Positions 31,069 to 40,455 are shown, counted from the stretch's first letter. The stretch: 64,000 nt of DNA from Longimicrobiales bacterium (GCA_035465395.1 DATHRK010000102.1:191-64190); one strand, 5' to 3'. Notes: a model not told the origin generated them from the letters alone. Program-made: numbers and translations.

Positions 31069-31496
31069 AGGAAGATCTGCGGCGTGAACTCGCCGAAGTC
31101 TCCTGCCTCCTTTTGCACCGCGCGCTCGAACGCGGCGGGGTTCCAAAGCTCGATGCGGTCGATGGCCCCGATCAGCTGCACCTGCCCGTCGAGACCCGCG
31201 GCCTCCTGCAGGCGGGACGGAATGAGGATCCGTCCCTGGCTGTCGGGGGTGACCTCGACCGCGTTCGCCATCTTGTTGAGGACCCACATGCGCGTGTCCG
31301 GCTTCCGCCGCACCAACTCGCGCAGCCGTTCCTCCACCTCGCTCCAGGTCGTCTCCGGAAAGAGCGTGAGGGCCGGGCCGTTCACCTGCGCCAGGACGAA
31401 CCGCGGTTCCCTCGTGCCTCGACGGAACACGGCAGGCATGCTCACGCGACCTTTCTCGTCGAGCGAGTGCACGAATGAGCCGAGATAGCTCACCAT
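31065..31496 (-). CDS. mraZ: transcriptional regulator MraZ
   Basis: Start at MVSYLGSFVHSLDEKGRVSMP (ATG 31496). Two SpoVT/AbrB-like halves (DEKGRVSMP, DSQGRILIP). First gene of the dcw cluster. Confidence 0.9.
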   Translation of the reverse strand: MVSYLGSFVHSLDEKGRVSMPAVFRRGTREPRFVLAQVNGPALTLFPETTWSEVEERLRELVRRKPDTRMWVLNKMANAVEVTPDSQGRILIPSRLQEAAGLDGQVQLIGAIDRIELWNPAAFERAVQKEAGDFGEFTPQIFL

Positions 31497-31568
31497 GCGG
31501 CTGCCGTGGTCTGCGTCGTCCATGCGGTCTCGATGTTGGGGGAGCCGGCGGGCATTCGTGCCAGGATT

Positions 31569-31625
31569 CCCCATAATCCCCCACTTCTCCCCACTCGGCC
31601 GCCCCATAGTACCCCGCGCCCCCCA
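31569..31625 (-). promoter_or_regulatory. phased TGGGG direct repeats (putative MraZ operator)
   Basis: On the minus strand, TGGGG at 31573-69, 31583-79 and 31593-89 is spaced exactly 10 bp. Further copies at 31606-02 and 31625-21 overlap the promoter and transcription start region. Confidence 0.55.
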
Positions 31626-31634
31626 CTACGTCAA
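31606..31634 (-). promoter_or_regulatory. sigma70-type promoter of mraZ/dcw operon
   Basis: Minus strand reads TTGACG (31634-31629), 17 nt, TACTAT (31611-31606), about 110 nt upstream of the mraZ ATG. Confidence 0.6.
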
Positions 31635-31774
31635 GCCTTTCTCCCACATCGTCCCGACGGCCCGGAAACGGCACCGCCAGCGGCCGGTTCGCCCTCGCAG
31701 GAGGGGCCCCTCGTGGCACCCTCGACTCGCCCACTCGCCGGGCTCCAGGCCGACGACGGGTCAACCGGATGTGC

Positions 31775-31804
31775 GAAGGGCGCCCCCGCTCGGGGACGCC
31801 CTTC
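31775..31804. terminator. GC-rich hairpin in the TPR-gene/mraZ spacer
   Basis: gaagggcgcccc...ggggacgcccttc forms about a 13-bp stem with one mismatch. It lies downstream of the TPR gene on the minus strand. Confidence 0.35.
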
Positions 31805-31871
31805 ACGACGTTGGAATCACCACCGCCCGCCGGTAACCTCAGGGCGCAGGCCGTACGCGCCGGAACGCGAC

Positions 31872-31900
31872 GAGGGGGGCGCCGCACGGGCGCCCCCCTC
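31872..31900. terminator. perfect 12-bp GC hairpin just downstream of the TPR gene
   Basis: gaggggggcgcc-gcacg-ggcgcccccctc. It starts 56 nt past the TPR-gene stop (31956). No U-tract. Confidence 0.45.
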
Positions 31901-31955
31901 GAAATGTCCAGCGATCCCCCGGCGCGTGGCGTGGCCACCGCCGGGTGTGGCGGCG

Positions 31956-33740
31956 TCAGCGACCCCGCCGGATGACCGCCTCCTGAATGTCGATGTACTG
32001 GTCCGTCGCGCTCCGCAGGTTCGCCAGGTTGGCGGCCTGTTCCTGATACGCGCCGGCGTTCCCGAGGTACTGCTTCGCCCGCTGGAACAGCGGCAGCGCG
32101 CGGCGCGCGGTCGCGGCGGTCTCACCGTCCTGCGTCGCGATGCCCCACTGCAGCAGCGAGTAGCCGGCGAAGAAGCTGATCTGCGCGCGGAAGGGCGCGG
32201 ACTCGGCGAGCTGCAGCGCCTCCTCCAGGGCCGGCACCGCGGCGCTCCAGTTCTTGGCCTGGTACGGACCGTTGATCGCGCTCGCGAAGAGCAGGCGCGC
32301 TGCCTCGTCGCCGCCAATGCTGCCGTCGGCGATCGCCCGCTCGAGGTACTGCCGCGCGTCGTCCATGCGCTTCTCGGCGACCAGCCACGACGCGATCAGG
32401 CCGTCGTAGTTGGCGCCCGCGGGGTCCTTTTCCTTGGCCAGGAGCAGCGTCTCGATGGCGCGATCCAGGTCGCCGTTGGTCCGCTGCAGGCTGGCCACCT
32501 GTCGCAGGACCGTCGGGTCGTCCGGATAGAGCGCGATCGCGACCTCGCCGATCTCCGTGGCGCGCGGCCCCTGCCCCACCTTGGGCAGCGCGATCATCAT
32601 GTTCTTCAGCAGGGTGACGTCCGCCGAATCGGGATTCTCGGCGTACACCGGCTCGTAGGCGTCGGCGGCGGTCTGGTAGAGCTCGAGGGCGAGGGCCGAA
32701 TCGGGCATCTCCTGCGTCTCCAGCTGCTGCGCCTGGGCGACGGAGAAGTGCCCGATGTAGAGCTTCAGCGTCGCGTCCTCGGGCGCGTGCTCCACGCCTT
32801 CCTGCGCGAGCGCCAGCGCGGCCGCCGGATCGCCGTTGTTCATCAGGTCCAGCGCGACGCGGATGCGGATGTCGGTGTTCGTCGGGTCCAGCTCCAGCAT
32901 GTGACGGTAGTAGCCCAGCGCCATCTCGCTCTCGCCGAGGAGCGTGGCCGCGTACCCGGCGCTCTGCAACGCCCCTTCGTGCACGGGGTTCTGCTCGAGG
33001 ACGGCGTCGAAGTCGGCGAGGGCTTCGCGCAGACGGGCGTTCCTGGCGGCCGAGTCGCCGTTGGTCCCGTCCATGCCCTCGGCCATGCCGAGCTTGGCAC
33101 GGCCGCGGGCGTACAGGGCGCTGACCATGGTCGGGTTGATCGACAGCGCGGACTCGCAGGTCTCCAGCGCCCGCTCCCACTGCTGGCTGCCGACGTACTC
33201 CACGCATATGGAGGCCCTGCGCAGCTGCTGCACGTAGTTCTGGAAAGCCATGTGGATCCGGGACGCCGCTTCGTCGTCGTCCGAGCTACTGAATTGCGGC
33301 ACGGCGAACGGGTCGCCGCTTCGCGCGCCCTGGAAGCTGGCGTCGACGGTGCGGCTGTTCCCGGCCTTGCTGTACTGGCCGCAGAAGATGATCTCGACGT
33401 TCATCTGGACGGCGAGCTGCCGCCACTGGATGCACCCCATGTCATCCTCGTCGAGACCGTATTTCCGCAGCGCGTCGCGGACCTCGCGCGACTCGACCGA
33501 GACGTGCGTGTCCATGTCGTCGATCAGGTCGCGAAGCTTGTCGGCGACGTCTTCGCCGAAGTCGTCGTCCGCCCCCGCCGCCGGCTCCATGTTGGGGATC
33601 AGCACCTTGAACCGGCCCTGGGCCTGGACGGGCAAGACAAGGACGAATGCCGCCACGAGCGTCAGGCACGGGACGAGCGCTGTGGCGCGCTTGAGGGCGT
33701 CCGGGATCATGGGGTGGTTTCTCCGATCGCGTGTCTTCAT
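31956..33740 (-). CDS. secreted tetratricopeptide-repeat protein
   Basis: ATG 33740 (MKTRDRRNHPMIPDALKRATALVPCLTLVAAFVLVLPVQAQG signal), followed by many TPR-like A/Y/L helical repeats. Confidence 0.75.
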   Translation of the reverse strand: MKTRDRRNHPMIPDALKRATALVPCLTLVAAFVLVLPVQAQGRFKVLIPNMEPAAGADDDFGEDVADKLRDLIDDMDTHVSVESREVRDALRKYGLDEDDMGCIQWRQLAVQMNVEIIFCGQYSKAGNSRTVDASFQGARSGDPFAVPQFSSSDDDEAASRIHMAFQNYVQQLRRASICVEYVGSQQWERALETCESALSINPTMVSALYARGRAKLGMAEGMDGTNGDSAARNARLREALADFDAVLEQNPVHEGALQSAGYAATLLGESEMALGYYRHMLELDPTNTDIRIRVALDLMNNGDPAAALALAQEGVEHAPEDATLKLYIGHFSVAQAQQLETQEMPDSALALELYQTAADAYEPVYAENPDSADVTLLKNMMIALPKVGQGPRATEIGEVAIALYPDDPTVLRQVASLQRTNGDLDRAIETLLLAKEKDPAGANYDGLIASWLVAEKRMDDARQYLERAIADGSIGGDEAARLLFASAINGPYQAKNWSAAVPALEEALQLAESAPFRAQISFFAGYSLLQWGIATQDGETAATARRALPLFQRAKQYLGNAGAYQEQAANLANLRSATDQYIDIQEAVIRRGR

Positions 33741-34084
33741 CAGTAGCGGTCGCGGCACGAGCCGCGGCGCGCGACGTTCTAGATAACCCGTTTCAGGGCC
33801 TTTTGTTCGGGCCTGCGGGCCAAACCGTCGACATTACCCGGCGGTACTTCTTCCCGCAACCCGATTCGTGCGTGCTCCGACCCATCTTCGAAGCAAGGCG
33901 CGGGCCAACCCCGCGCGCTCGGCCGGCAGGACCGCTCTTTGCCTGGCGATGGCGCGCAAAAGGGGGCCGTACGATATTGTGCTCGCCGCCGTGGCGGTCG
34001 CCGCTGCGACTCCGCCTGTGCCGTCCAGGCCTCACCCGGAGAACGCTTCTGTCCCATCACAGTGACAGCTCGACCGACGGCGCG

Positions 34085-35386
34085 GTGATCGCCCACCGCG
34101 CCCATCGCACGGGTCGCGCCCACCGCGCCCGCCGGACGCTCGCGGCGCTGGCGATCGGCACCGCCGTCTGCGTCCAGGCCGGCGTGGCGCAGACGCCGCG
34201 AGCGCCGGTGCAGACCCAGGACTCCGTGGGCCCCGGCGTCTATCTGGTGACCTTCGGACCGGGCGAGGCGATCTGGGAGAAGTTCGGACACAACGGCATC
34301 TGGATCCGCGATCCGGAACTGGGCGTGGACCGGCTCTTCGACTGGGGCCGCTTCTCCTTCGGCGACGGCTTCGTCGGCCGCTTCCTGCAGGGCTACCTGC
34401 GCTACTGGATGGGATCGGGCCCGGCGTCCGCCTATTTCGACCTCTACGAGCGGGAGGACCGGTCCATCTGGGTGCAGGAGCTGGCGCTGACGGCGGCCGA
34501 GCGCCGCTCGCTGCTGGCTTCCCTGAGCGCGCTGGACACCGACGCCAACCGCTTCTATCGCTACAACTACTATCTGGACAACTGCTCCACGCGCGTGCGC
34601 GACGTCCTCGATGCCCTGACCGGCGGAGCGCTGGCCGCGCGCCTTCTCGCGGAGCCGGCGGAGGGCACCTACCGCTTTCACACGCAGCGACTCACGGCCG
34701 GCAGTGCGCTGACCAACGCCGGCCTCTTGCTCGCCCTGGGGCCCCGGGTCGACGCGCCCGCGACGGCGTGGGACGAGGCCTTCGTGCCGATGGTGCTCCG
34801 CGAGCACGTGCGAAACGCGGTCATCGCGGGGGCGGCGGGCGCGGAGCGACCGCTGGTCACACGCGAGTGGACGCTCTACGAGGCCCGCCGGCAGCCGCCT
34901 CCGGACGCGCCGCCGAGGCTGCTCCTGCGCCTGGCCGTCATCGGGCTCGGTCTGGCCCTCGTGCTTGTCGTCCTGGGAGCCCGCGCCCAGGGCGGCGGTG
35001 CGCGCTTGCCGCTGGCGCTCGCGGTGGCGGCGTGGTGCGTCGTCGCCGGCGTTCTCGGCACCCTCATCGCGGGACTGTGGTTCGGCACCGAGCACGTGTT
35101 CACGTACGGCAACGAGAACGTGGCGCAGATGAACCCGCTCTCCCTGGGCCTGGCCGTGCTGGGTCCGCTGGCCGTCCTGCGCGGCCGTCAGACGCGCCTG
35201 GTGGCCCTGCTCGCCGCGGCCATCGCCGCGGTGTCGCTGGCCGGATTCGTGCTCCAGGTGCTGCCCGGGCTGGACCAGGTGAACGGCGCCATCGTGGCGC
35301 TGTCCTTGCCCCCGCACCTGGCCACCGCGTGGGCGCTGCGTGGGCCCCAGGCGTACGGCTGGACGGCCCGGCGCGAGGACGGCTAG
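34085..35386 (+). CDS. DUF4105-like secreted/membrane protein
   Basis: There is no ATG in the coding-looking part. GTG 34085 gives RRTLAALAIGTAVCVQAGVAQ signal. FGHNGIWIRD and NRFYRYNYYLDNCSTRVRD resemble DUF4105. C-terminal TM helices. Start is uncertain. Confidence 0.55.
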   Translation: MIAHRAHRTGRAHRARRTLAALAIGTAVCVQAGVAQTPRAPVQTQDSVGPGVYLVTFGPGEAIWEKFGHNGIWIRDPELGVDRLFDWGRFSFGDGFVGRFLQGYLRYWMGSGPASAYFDLYEREDRSIWVQELALTAAERRSLLASLSALDTDANRFYRYNYYLDNCSTRVRDVLDALTGGALAARLLAEPAEGTYRFHTQRLTAGSALTNAGLLLALGPRVDAPATAWDEAFVPMVLREHVRNAVIAGAAGAERPLVTREWTLYEARRQPPPDAPPRLLLRLAVIGLGLALVLVVLGARAQGGGARLPLALAVAAWCVVAGVLGTLIAGLWFGTEHVFTYGNENVAQMNPLSLGLAVLGPLAVLRGRQTRLVALLAAAIAAVSLAGFVLQVLPGLDQVNGAIVALSLPPHLATAWALRGPQAYGWTARREDG

Positions 35387-35396
35387 CTTTGCCGCC

Positions 35397-35792
35397 ATGA
35401 CCGCTGACGGCCACCGGCATTCTCCGGGCTTTCTCGCGCTGGTCGAGGAGGCCCGCGGGGGGATCCGCGAAACCGACCCACACGGCGTGCACACAGACCT
35501 TGCCGCCGGTGAGGACTTCCACCTGATCGACGTCCGCGAGGACCGGGAGTGGAAACGAGGCCGCATTCCTGGAGCGGTGCATATCGGTCGCGGTGTGCTC
35601 GAGCGCGACATCGAGAAGCGGCTGCCGGACCGCGCGGCTCCGATCGTGCTGTATTGCGGTGGTGGATACCGCTCGGCTCTAGCAGCGGACAGTCTCGCGC
35701 GGATGGGCTACACGCAGGTCCGATCGATGAACGGCGGCTACCGCGGCTGGACCGGCGCCGGCTACCCGGTGGAAACGGATGACCATGGCTGA
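35397..35792 (+). CDS. rhodanese-domain sulfurtransferase
   Basis: ATG 35397. LIDVREDREWKRGRIPGAVHI and active-site loop YCGGGYRS. Confidence 0.8.
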   Translation: MTADGHRHSPGFLALVEEARGGIRETDPHGVHTDLAAGEDFHLIDVREDREWKRGRIPGAVHIGRGVLERDIEKRLPDRAAPIVLYCGGGYRSALAADSLARMGYTQVRSMNGGYRGWTGAGYPVETDDHG

Positions 35793-36393
35793 AGATCGAG
35801 CGCCCAGGCGACTGCCCCTGTTCGTGCTGCCGAGCGTGCTGTATCCGGGCATGCAGATGCCCTTGCACATCTTCGAGCCCCGCTATCGCCGCATGGTGGC
35901 GCGTTGCCTGGAGTCCGATGGGTCGTTCGGGCTCGTTTACCACGACCCCGACGCGTCCGGGCCCTTCCTGATCGACGAGGGCCGCGTCGGCTGCGTCGCT
36001 CGCATCGTGGAGTTCAAGCCGATTCCCGACGGCCGCTCGCTCATCCTCATCGACGGTGTCGACCGCTTCGAGATTCGTGATGGCATCGAATCCGACGAGC
36101 CCTACTACGAGGCGCTCGTCGTCCCCTGGGTGGACCACGCCGCGCCCTCGCCGGCGTTGCGGGCGCGGCGGACGGCGTCGATCGAGCTCTTCCGCGATGT
36201 CGCCACGCGCGCGATGGACCCCGGCGCGGAGCTGCCGGGATTCGATCCCGAGGCCGAGACATCGTTCGCGCTGGCCGAGAGGATCCACCTCGAGATGGGG
36301 TGGAAGCAGGCGCTCCTGGAATCGCGCAGCGAGTTCGATCGGCTGGACCGCATCGATGCGGTCCTGCGGGCCGTTTTCTCCCGCTACGAGTAG
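35779..36393 (+). CDS. Lon N-terminal (LON substrate-binding) domain protein
   Basis: LPLFVLPSVLYPGMQMPLHIFEPRYRRMV is the hallmark start of Lon N-domain proteins. 204 aa with no ATPase or protease part. Confidence 0.8.
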   Translation: MTMAEDRAPRRLPLFVLPSVLYPGMQMPLHIFEPRYRRMVARCLESDGSFGLVYHDPDASGPFLIDEGRVGCVARIVEFKPIPDGRSLILIDGVDRFEIRDGIESDEPYYEALVVPWVDHAAPSPALRARRTASIELFRDVATRAMDPGAELPGFDPEAETSFALAERIHLEMGWKQALLESRSEFDRLDRIDAVLRAVFSRYE

Positions 36394-36537
36394 CGTTTCC
36401 CCCGGGTCGGCGCGCCCTCCGACCGCCCCCTCGACGTGTGGTGTTTTGCAAGCGCCGTAACGCTTTGCGCGCGATCCGCGAGCGTTTCGTACCGCCAAAG
36501 ATCATGTATTACTTTAGTCTTTGTGTCTTAATCATAT

Positions 36538-36547
36538 GTGATATCAC
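36538..36547. promoter_or_regulatory. palindrome GTGATATCAC inside an AT-rich island upstream of the HD-GYP regulator gene
   Basis: Perfect 10-bp palindrome within about 36500..36560, the most AT-rich stretch I saw, about 90 nt upstream of ATG 36633. Confidence 0.3.
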
Positions 36548-36632
36548 GATTTAACGACGCATTGCGATCTCTGGCATGCGCGCTGCTCTTGAAACGTCCG
36601 GCTCCCCGGCCCCACGACCCTGCAAGGGCACC

Positions 36633-37745
36633 ATGCAAGAGATCGAATCGGCCCGAATCCTGATCGTCGACGACGAGCCGGCCAACGTACGGCTCATCGA
36701 ACGGATCCTCCGCGGGGATGGCTTCCACCATCTCGTCAGCACCACGGACCCGACGGAGGTCCTCACGCTCTTCGCACGAGAGAAGCCCGATCTCATCCTG
36801 CTCGACCTGTGGATGCCGGAGAAGGACGGTTTCCAGGTGCTCGAGGACCTGGTGCCGTGGATCCCGCAGGACTCCTACCTGCCGATCCTGGTCCTGACGG
36901 GGGATACGAGCTCGGACGTCAAGGCGCGCGCGCTCCAGGGCGGCGCGAGGGACTTCCTGACCAAGCCCTTCAGCCCCGGCGAGGTGCTGCTGCGCATCCG
37001 CAACCTGCTCGAGACGCGCATGCTCCACCTGCGCCTGGAGGTGCACAACCATCTGCTGGAGGAGATGGTCCGGGAGAGGACCCGCGACCTCCAGCAGGCG
37101 CGCTTCGAGATCCTCGAGCGTCTCGCGCGGGCCGCCGAGTACAGGGACGACCAGACCGGTGAGCACACCCGGCGCGTCGGCGAGATGGCCGGCCATCTGG
37201 CGGCGCGCATCGGCGCGCCGGCCGAGCACGTGGAGCTGATCCGCCGCGCGGCGCCGCTCCACGACGTCGGCAAGATCGGGATCCCCGACGGGGTCCTGCT
37301 CAAGCCCGGCCGCCTCTCTTCGAAGGAGTTGGACCTGATGCGCCAGCACTGCCTCATCGGGGCCAACCTGCTGTCGGGGAGCGGCGTGCCGCTGCTGGAC
37401 GTCGCGGCGACGATCGCACTGACGCACCACGAGCGGTGGGACGGCACGGGGTACCCCGAGGGACTCGAGGGCGAATCGATCCCGCTCGCGGGACGGGTGG
37501 TGGCCGTAGTCGATGTCTACGACGCGCTCGTCCACGAGAGGCCGTACAAGGCCGCGTTCACGCAGGAGGAGGCGATGGCGGAGCTCGAGCAGGGGCGAGG
37601 CACGCATTTCGATCCGCAGGTGGTGGAGGCCTTTCTCGCGATGCTCAGGGAGGGCGAGATCCCCGCGCCGGCCGCACGGCCGAGCCAGGACGTCGAGTTC
37701 GCCCCGATGGCGCAGCCGGAGTCCGACGGGGGCCGGGCGGCCTGA
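36633..37745 (+). CDS. response regulator with HD-GYP c-di-GMP phosphodiesterase domain (RpfG-like)
   Basis: ILIVDDEPANV...DLILLDLWMPEKDG...KPF receiver. Then HTRRVGEMAG, PLHDVGKIGIPD and HHERWDGTGYPEGL (HD and GYP motifs). Confidence 0.9.
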   Translation: MQEIESARILIVDDEPANVRLIERILRGDGFHHLVSTTDPTEVLTLFAREKPDLILLDLWMPEKDGFQVLEDLVPWIPQDSYLPILVLTGDTSSDVKARALQGGARDFLTKPFSPGEVLLRIRNLLETRMLHLRLEVHNHLLEEMVRERTRDLQQARFEILERLARAAEYRDDQTGEHTRRVGEMAGHLAARIGAPAEHVELIRRAAPLHDVGKIGIPDGVLLKPGRLSSKELDLMRQHCLIGANLLSGSGVPLLDVAATIALTHHERWDGTGYPEGLEGESIPLAGRVVAVVDVYDALVHERPYKAAFTQEEAMAELEQGRGTHFDPQVVEAFLAMLREGEIPAPAARPSQDVEFAPMAQPESDGGRAA

Positions 37746-37770
37746 CCCGAGTCCCCTACCCTAGCGCGTC

Positions 37771-40455
37771 ATGTCCGTGTCCTCGCCCGTCCCGCCGGGG
37801 GCGCCGCCGGACCAGCCGGCGGCCAGCCTGGACGAGGTGGAGGGGCCCGAGCCGGTCGCCTCCGCGCTGGACATCGGTTTCCTGCCATCGTGGGAGCAGG
37901 TCCGCGACCGACTCTTCGGGGCGTCGCCCTGGAAGGTGCTCAGCGGACCCATCGCCACCTGCGCCGCGCTCCTCGTGCTGGAGGTCCTCGCGGCGCTGGG
38001 CGTGGATCTCGTACCGATTCCCGTGGTCGCGCTGGTGCTCGTGCTGTACTCCGCGGTCGTCGGCGGACTCCTGCCCGGCGTCGCTGCCGCGGCTCTGGTG
38101 TCCGCGTACTACGCCTACTTCGTGGGGGTACCCGGCGACGGGTTCGGCTCGATCGACCTGCGACCCTTCTACATCCTGGCGACCGCGGCCCCGGCGGCGG
38201 CACTCGCCCCGCGCGTCGTGCGCGACTGGTTCGGCGAGCTGTTCCTCCAGAGCGACACCGAGAAGGGGCGCGCGCTGGAACGCGCGCGCTTCCTCGCGGA
38301 GGCGAACGCGCTGCTGGACACGTCCCTCGGCTTCCCCACCACGGTCGAGCGTCTCACCCGGCTGCCCGTGCCCCGGATGGCCACCTGGACCGCCACCTAC
38401 GTCTACGACCGGCAGGGCACCCTGCGCCGGGTCGCCGTGCAGGCGGATCGGGAAGAGCTGACGCACACGCTGGACAACGCGCTCCGTCGCGCCCCGCTCT
38501 CGCCGAACCACCCGCATCCGCTGGAGGGGGTCGAGGCCGCCGCGGAGAACGGCGAGCCGCTGCGGAAGACGCCGGACGCCCGCGCGCATCTGGCCCTCTA
38601 CGCGCGCACCAACCAGGAGCGCCTCGCGCTGGAGTTCCTGCAGCCGCGCGCGCTGTTGATGGTGCCCATGTACGCGCGCGGCCGGACGGTGGGGACCATG
38701 GTGTTCGCCCGCGCGGGGGAGAACGCAGGGTTCTCGAGGGCGGATGTGGAGCTGGCGAGCGAGTTCTGCATGCGGGCTTCGCTGGCCGCCGAGAGTGCGC
38801 GGCTCTACGACACGGCGGTGGCCGCCCAGGCCGAGGCGGAGGCCGCGTCCGTCCGCGTCAGCGGCATCCTCGAGAGCCTGACCGATGGTTTCCTCGCGTT
38901 CGACGACGGGTGGCGCTTCACCTATGTGAACGGTGCCGGCGAGCGGCTGTGCGGGCGGAGCCGTCAGGACCTTCTGGGCCGGGACTTCTGGGAGGCGTTC
39001 CCGGAGCTGCTGGGCACCCGTTTCCAGCGGGTCTGCACCGAGGCGGCCCAGCAGCGGCGCACGCGTCGCATCGAGCTGCAGATGCACAGCTTCGCGGCCG
39101 CACCCTGGCTCGAGGTCAACATCTTCCCGTCGGTGAACGGCGTGTCCATGTTCTGCCGAGACATCTCCTCGCGGCGGGAGGTCGAGCAGGCGCTCTCGCG
39201 GAGCGAGGCACAGCTGCGTCAATCGCAGAAGATGGAAGCGGTCGGACGGCTCGCGGGCGGCGTGGCTCACGATTTCAACAACATCCTGATGTCGATCATG
39301 GGCTACGCCGAGCTCGTCGGCACCCGCCTGCCCGACGGCGACGAGGGCCTGCGCGCCGACATGACGGAGATCCGGCGTGCCGCCGAGCGCGCCCAGGCGC
39401 TCACGCGGCAGCTCCTGGCGTTCAGCCGCAAGCAGGTGCACGAGCCCCGCCCCCTCGACGTCAACGAAGTGATCGAGCAGGTCCAGCGGATGCTGCGCCG
39501 CCTGATCGGTGAGGATGTCGCGCTCGTCACGCACCTGAGCGCGGAACTCGGCACCGTGCGCGCAGACCCCACACAGATCGAGCAGATCCTCCTCAACCTC
39601 GCCGTCAACGCCCGCGACGCCATGCCGGCGGGCGGAATCCTCACGGTCGAGACGGCCAACGAGCAGGCCGATCCGGCGCGCGACTTCGGCTCGCACGACC
39701 TGACCGGGCCCTGCATACGGATCTCGGTCATCGATACGGGCGAGGGCATAGACGAGGAGGCGCTGCCCAACATCTTCGAGCCGTTCTTCACGACCAAGCC
39801 CAAGGGCAAGGGCACCGGGCTCGGACTCGCCACCGTCTACGGCGTGGTGACGCAGCTCGGCGGTGACATCGCGGTCGCCAGCTCGGTCGGTCGCGGCACC
39901 CGCTTCGACATCCTCCTGCCGCGAGAGGCCGCCGAGCCAGTCCCCCTCGACGCGGACGCCGCCGGATCGCCTCTGGAGCCGGCCGACGTGCCGGCGGACG
40001 CGAGCGCGATCGCGGTCGGTCGGAGGCGCGCTCGCCCCGCCGGACGCGGAATGGACATCCCCACAGAGGGCGGCGGCGGTGTGATCCTGGTGGTGGAGGA
40101 CGAGGACGCCGTGCGCAGGTACGTCTGCGATGTGCTGCGGCTGCGCGGCTACGAGGTGCTCGAGGCCGACCACGGGCTGGTGGCGCTGGAGCTCCTCGCC
40201 GGCGGGGTACGTCCGGACCTGGTGCTGACGGACGTGGTGATGCCGGAGATGGGCGGGCGCGAGCTCGCCGAACGCCTGGTTGCGGACCACCCCGGACTGC
40301 GCGTGCTCTTCATGTCGGGGTACGCGGAGTCGGAGGTGGCACACGAAGGCGCGCTGGACCCCGGCACGGACCTTTTGGAGAAGCCCTTCGGATCGGAAGC
40401 GCTGCTGCAGGCGGTGCGCGCCGGGCTCGCCCGGCCCATCCAGGGTGCCGCCTAG
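37771..40455 (+). CDS. hybrid sensor histidine kinase (TM - GAF - PAS - HisKA - HATPase - REC)
   Basis: N-terminal TM bundle, GAF-like segment and PAS (SLTDGFLAFDDGWRFTYVN). H-box HDFNNILMSI, N-box NLAVNARDAM, DTGEGI and GTGLGLA. C-terminal receiver (VVEDEDAV...LTDVVMPEMGG). Confidence 0.9.
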   Translation: MSVSSPVPPGAPPDQPAASLDEVEGPEPVASALDIGFLPSWEQVRDRLFGASPWKVLSGPIATCAALLVLEVLAALGVDLVPIPVVALVLVLYSAVVGGLLPGVAAAALVSAYYAYFVGVPGDGFGSIDLRPFYILATAAPAAALAPRVVRDWFGELFLQSDTEKGRALERARFLAEANALLDTSLGFPTTVERLTRLPVPRMATWTATYVYDRQGTLRRVAVQADREELTHTLDNALRRAPLSPNHPHPLEGVEAAAENGEPLRKTPDARAHLALYARTNQERLALEFLQPRALLMVPMYARGRTVGTMVFARAGENAGFSRADVELASEFCMRASLAAESARLYDTAVAAQAEAEAASVRVSGILESLTDGFLAFDDGWRFTYVNGAGERLCGRSRQDLLGRDFWEAFPELLGTRFQRVCTEAAQQRRTRRIELQMHSFAAAPWLEVNIFPSVNGVSMFCRDISSRREVEQALSRSEAQLRQSQKMEAVGRLAGGVAHDFNNILMSIMGYAELVGTRLPDGDEGLRADMTEIRRAAERAQALTRQLLAFSRKQVHEPRPLDVNEVIEQVQRMLRRLIGEDVALVTHLSAELGTVRADPTQIEQILLNLAVNARDAMPAGGILTVETANEQADPARDFGSHDLTGPCIRISVIDTGEGIDEEALPNIFEPFFTTKPKGKGTGLGLATVYGVVTQLGGDIAVASSVGRGTRFDILLPREAAEPVPLDADAAGSPLEPADVPADASAIAVGRRRARPAGRGMDIPTEGGGGVILVVEDEDAVRRYVCDVLRLRGYEVLEADHGLVALELLAGGVRPDLVLTDVVMPEMGGRELAERLVADHPGLRVLFMSGYAESEVAHEGALDPGTDLLEKPFGSEALLQAVRAGLARPIQGAA

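Noticed and set aside
36300-36554. 84-aa ORF (+) ending ...KIMYYFSLCVLIICDITI in the AT-rich island
   Set aside because: Most of it is an alternative frame of the Lon-N-domain gene 3' end. Only the tail enters the AT-rich intergenic DNA, and there is no ribosome-binding site or coding periodicity.
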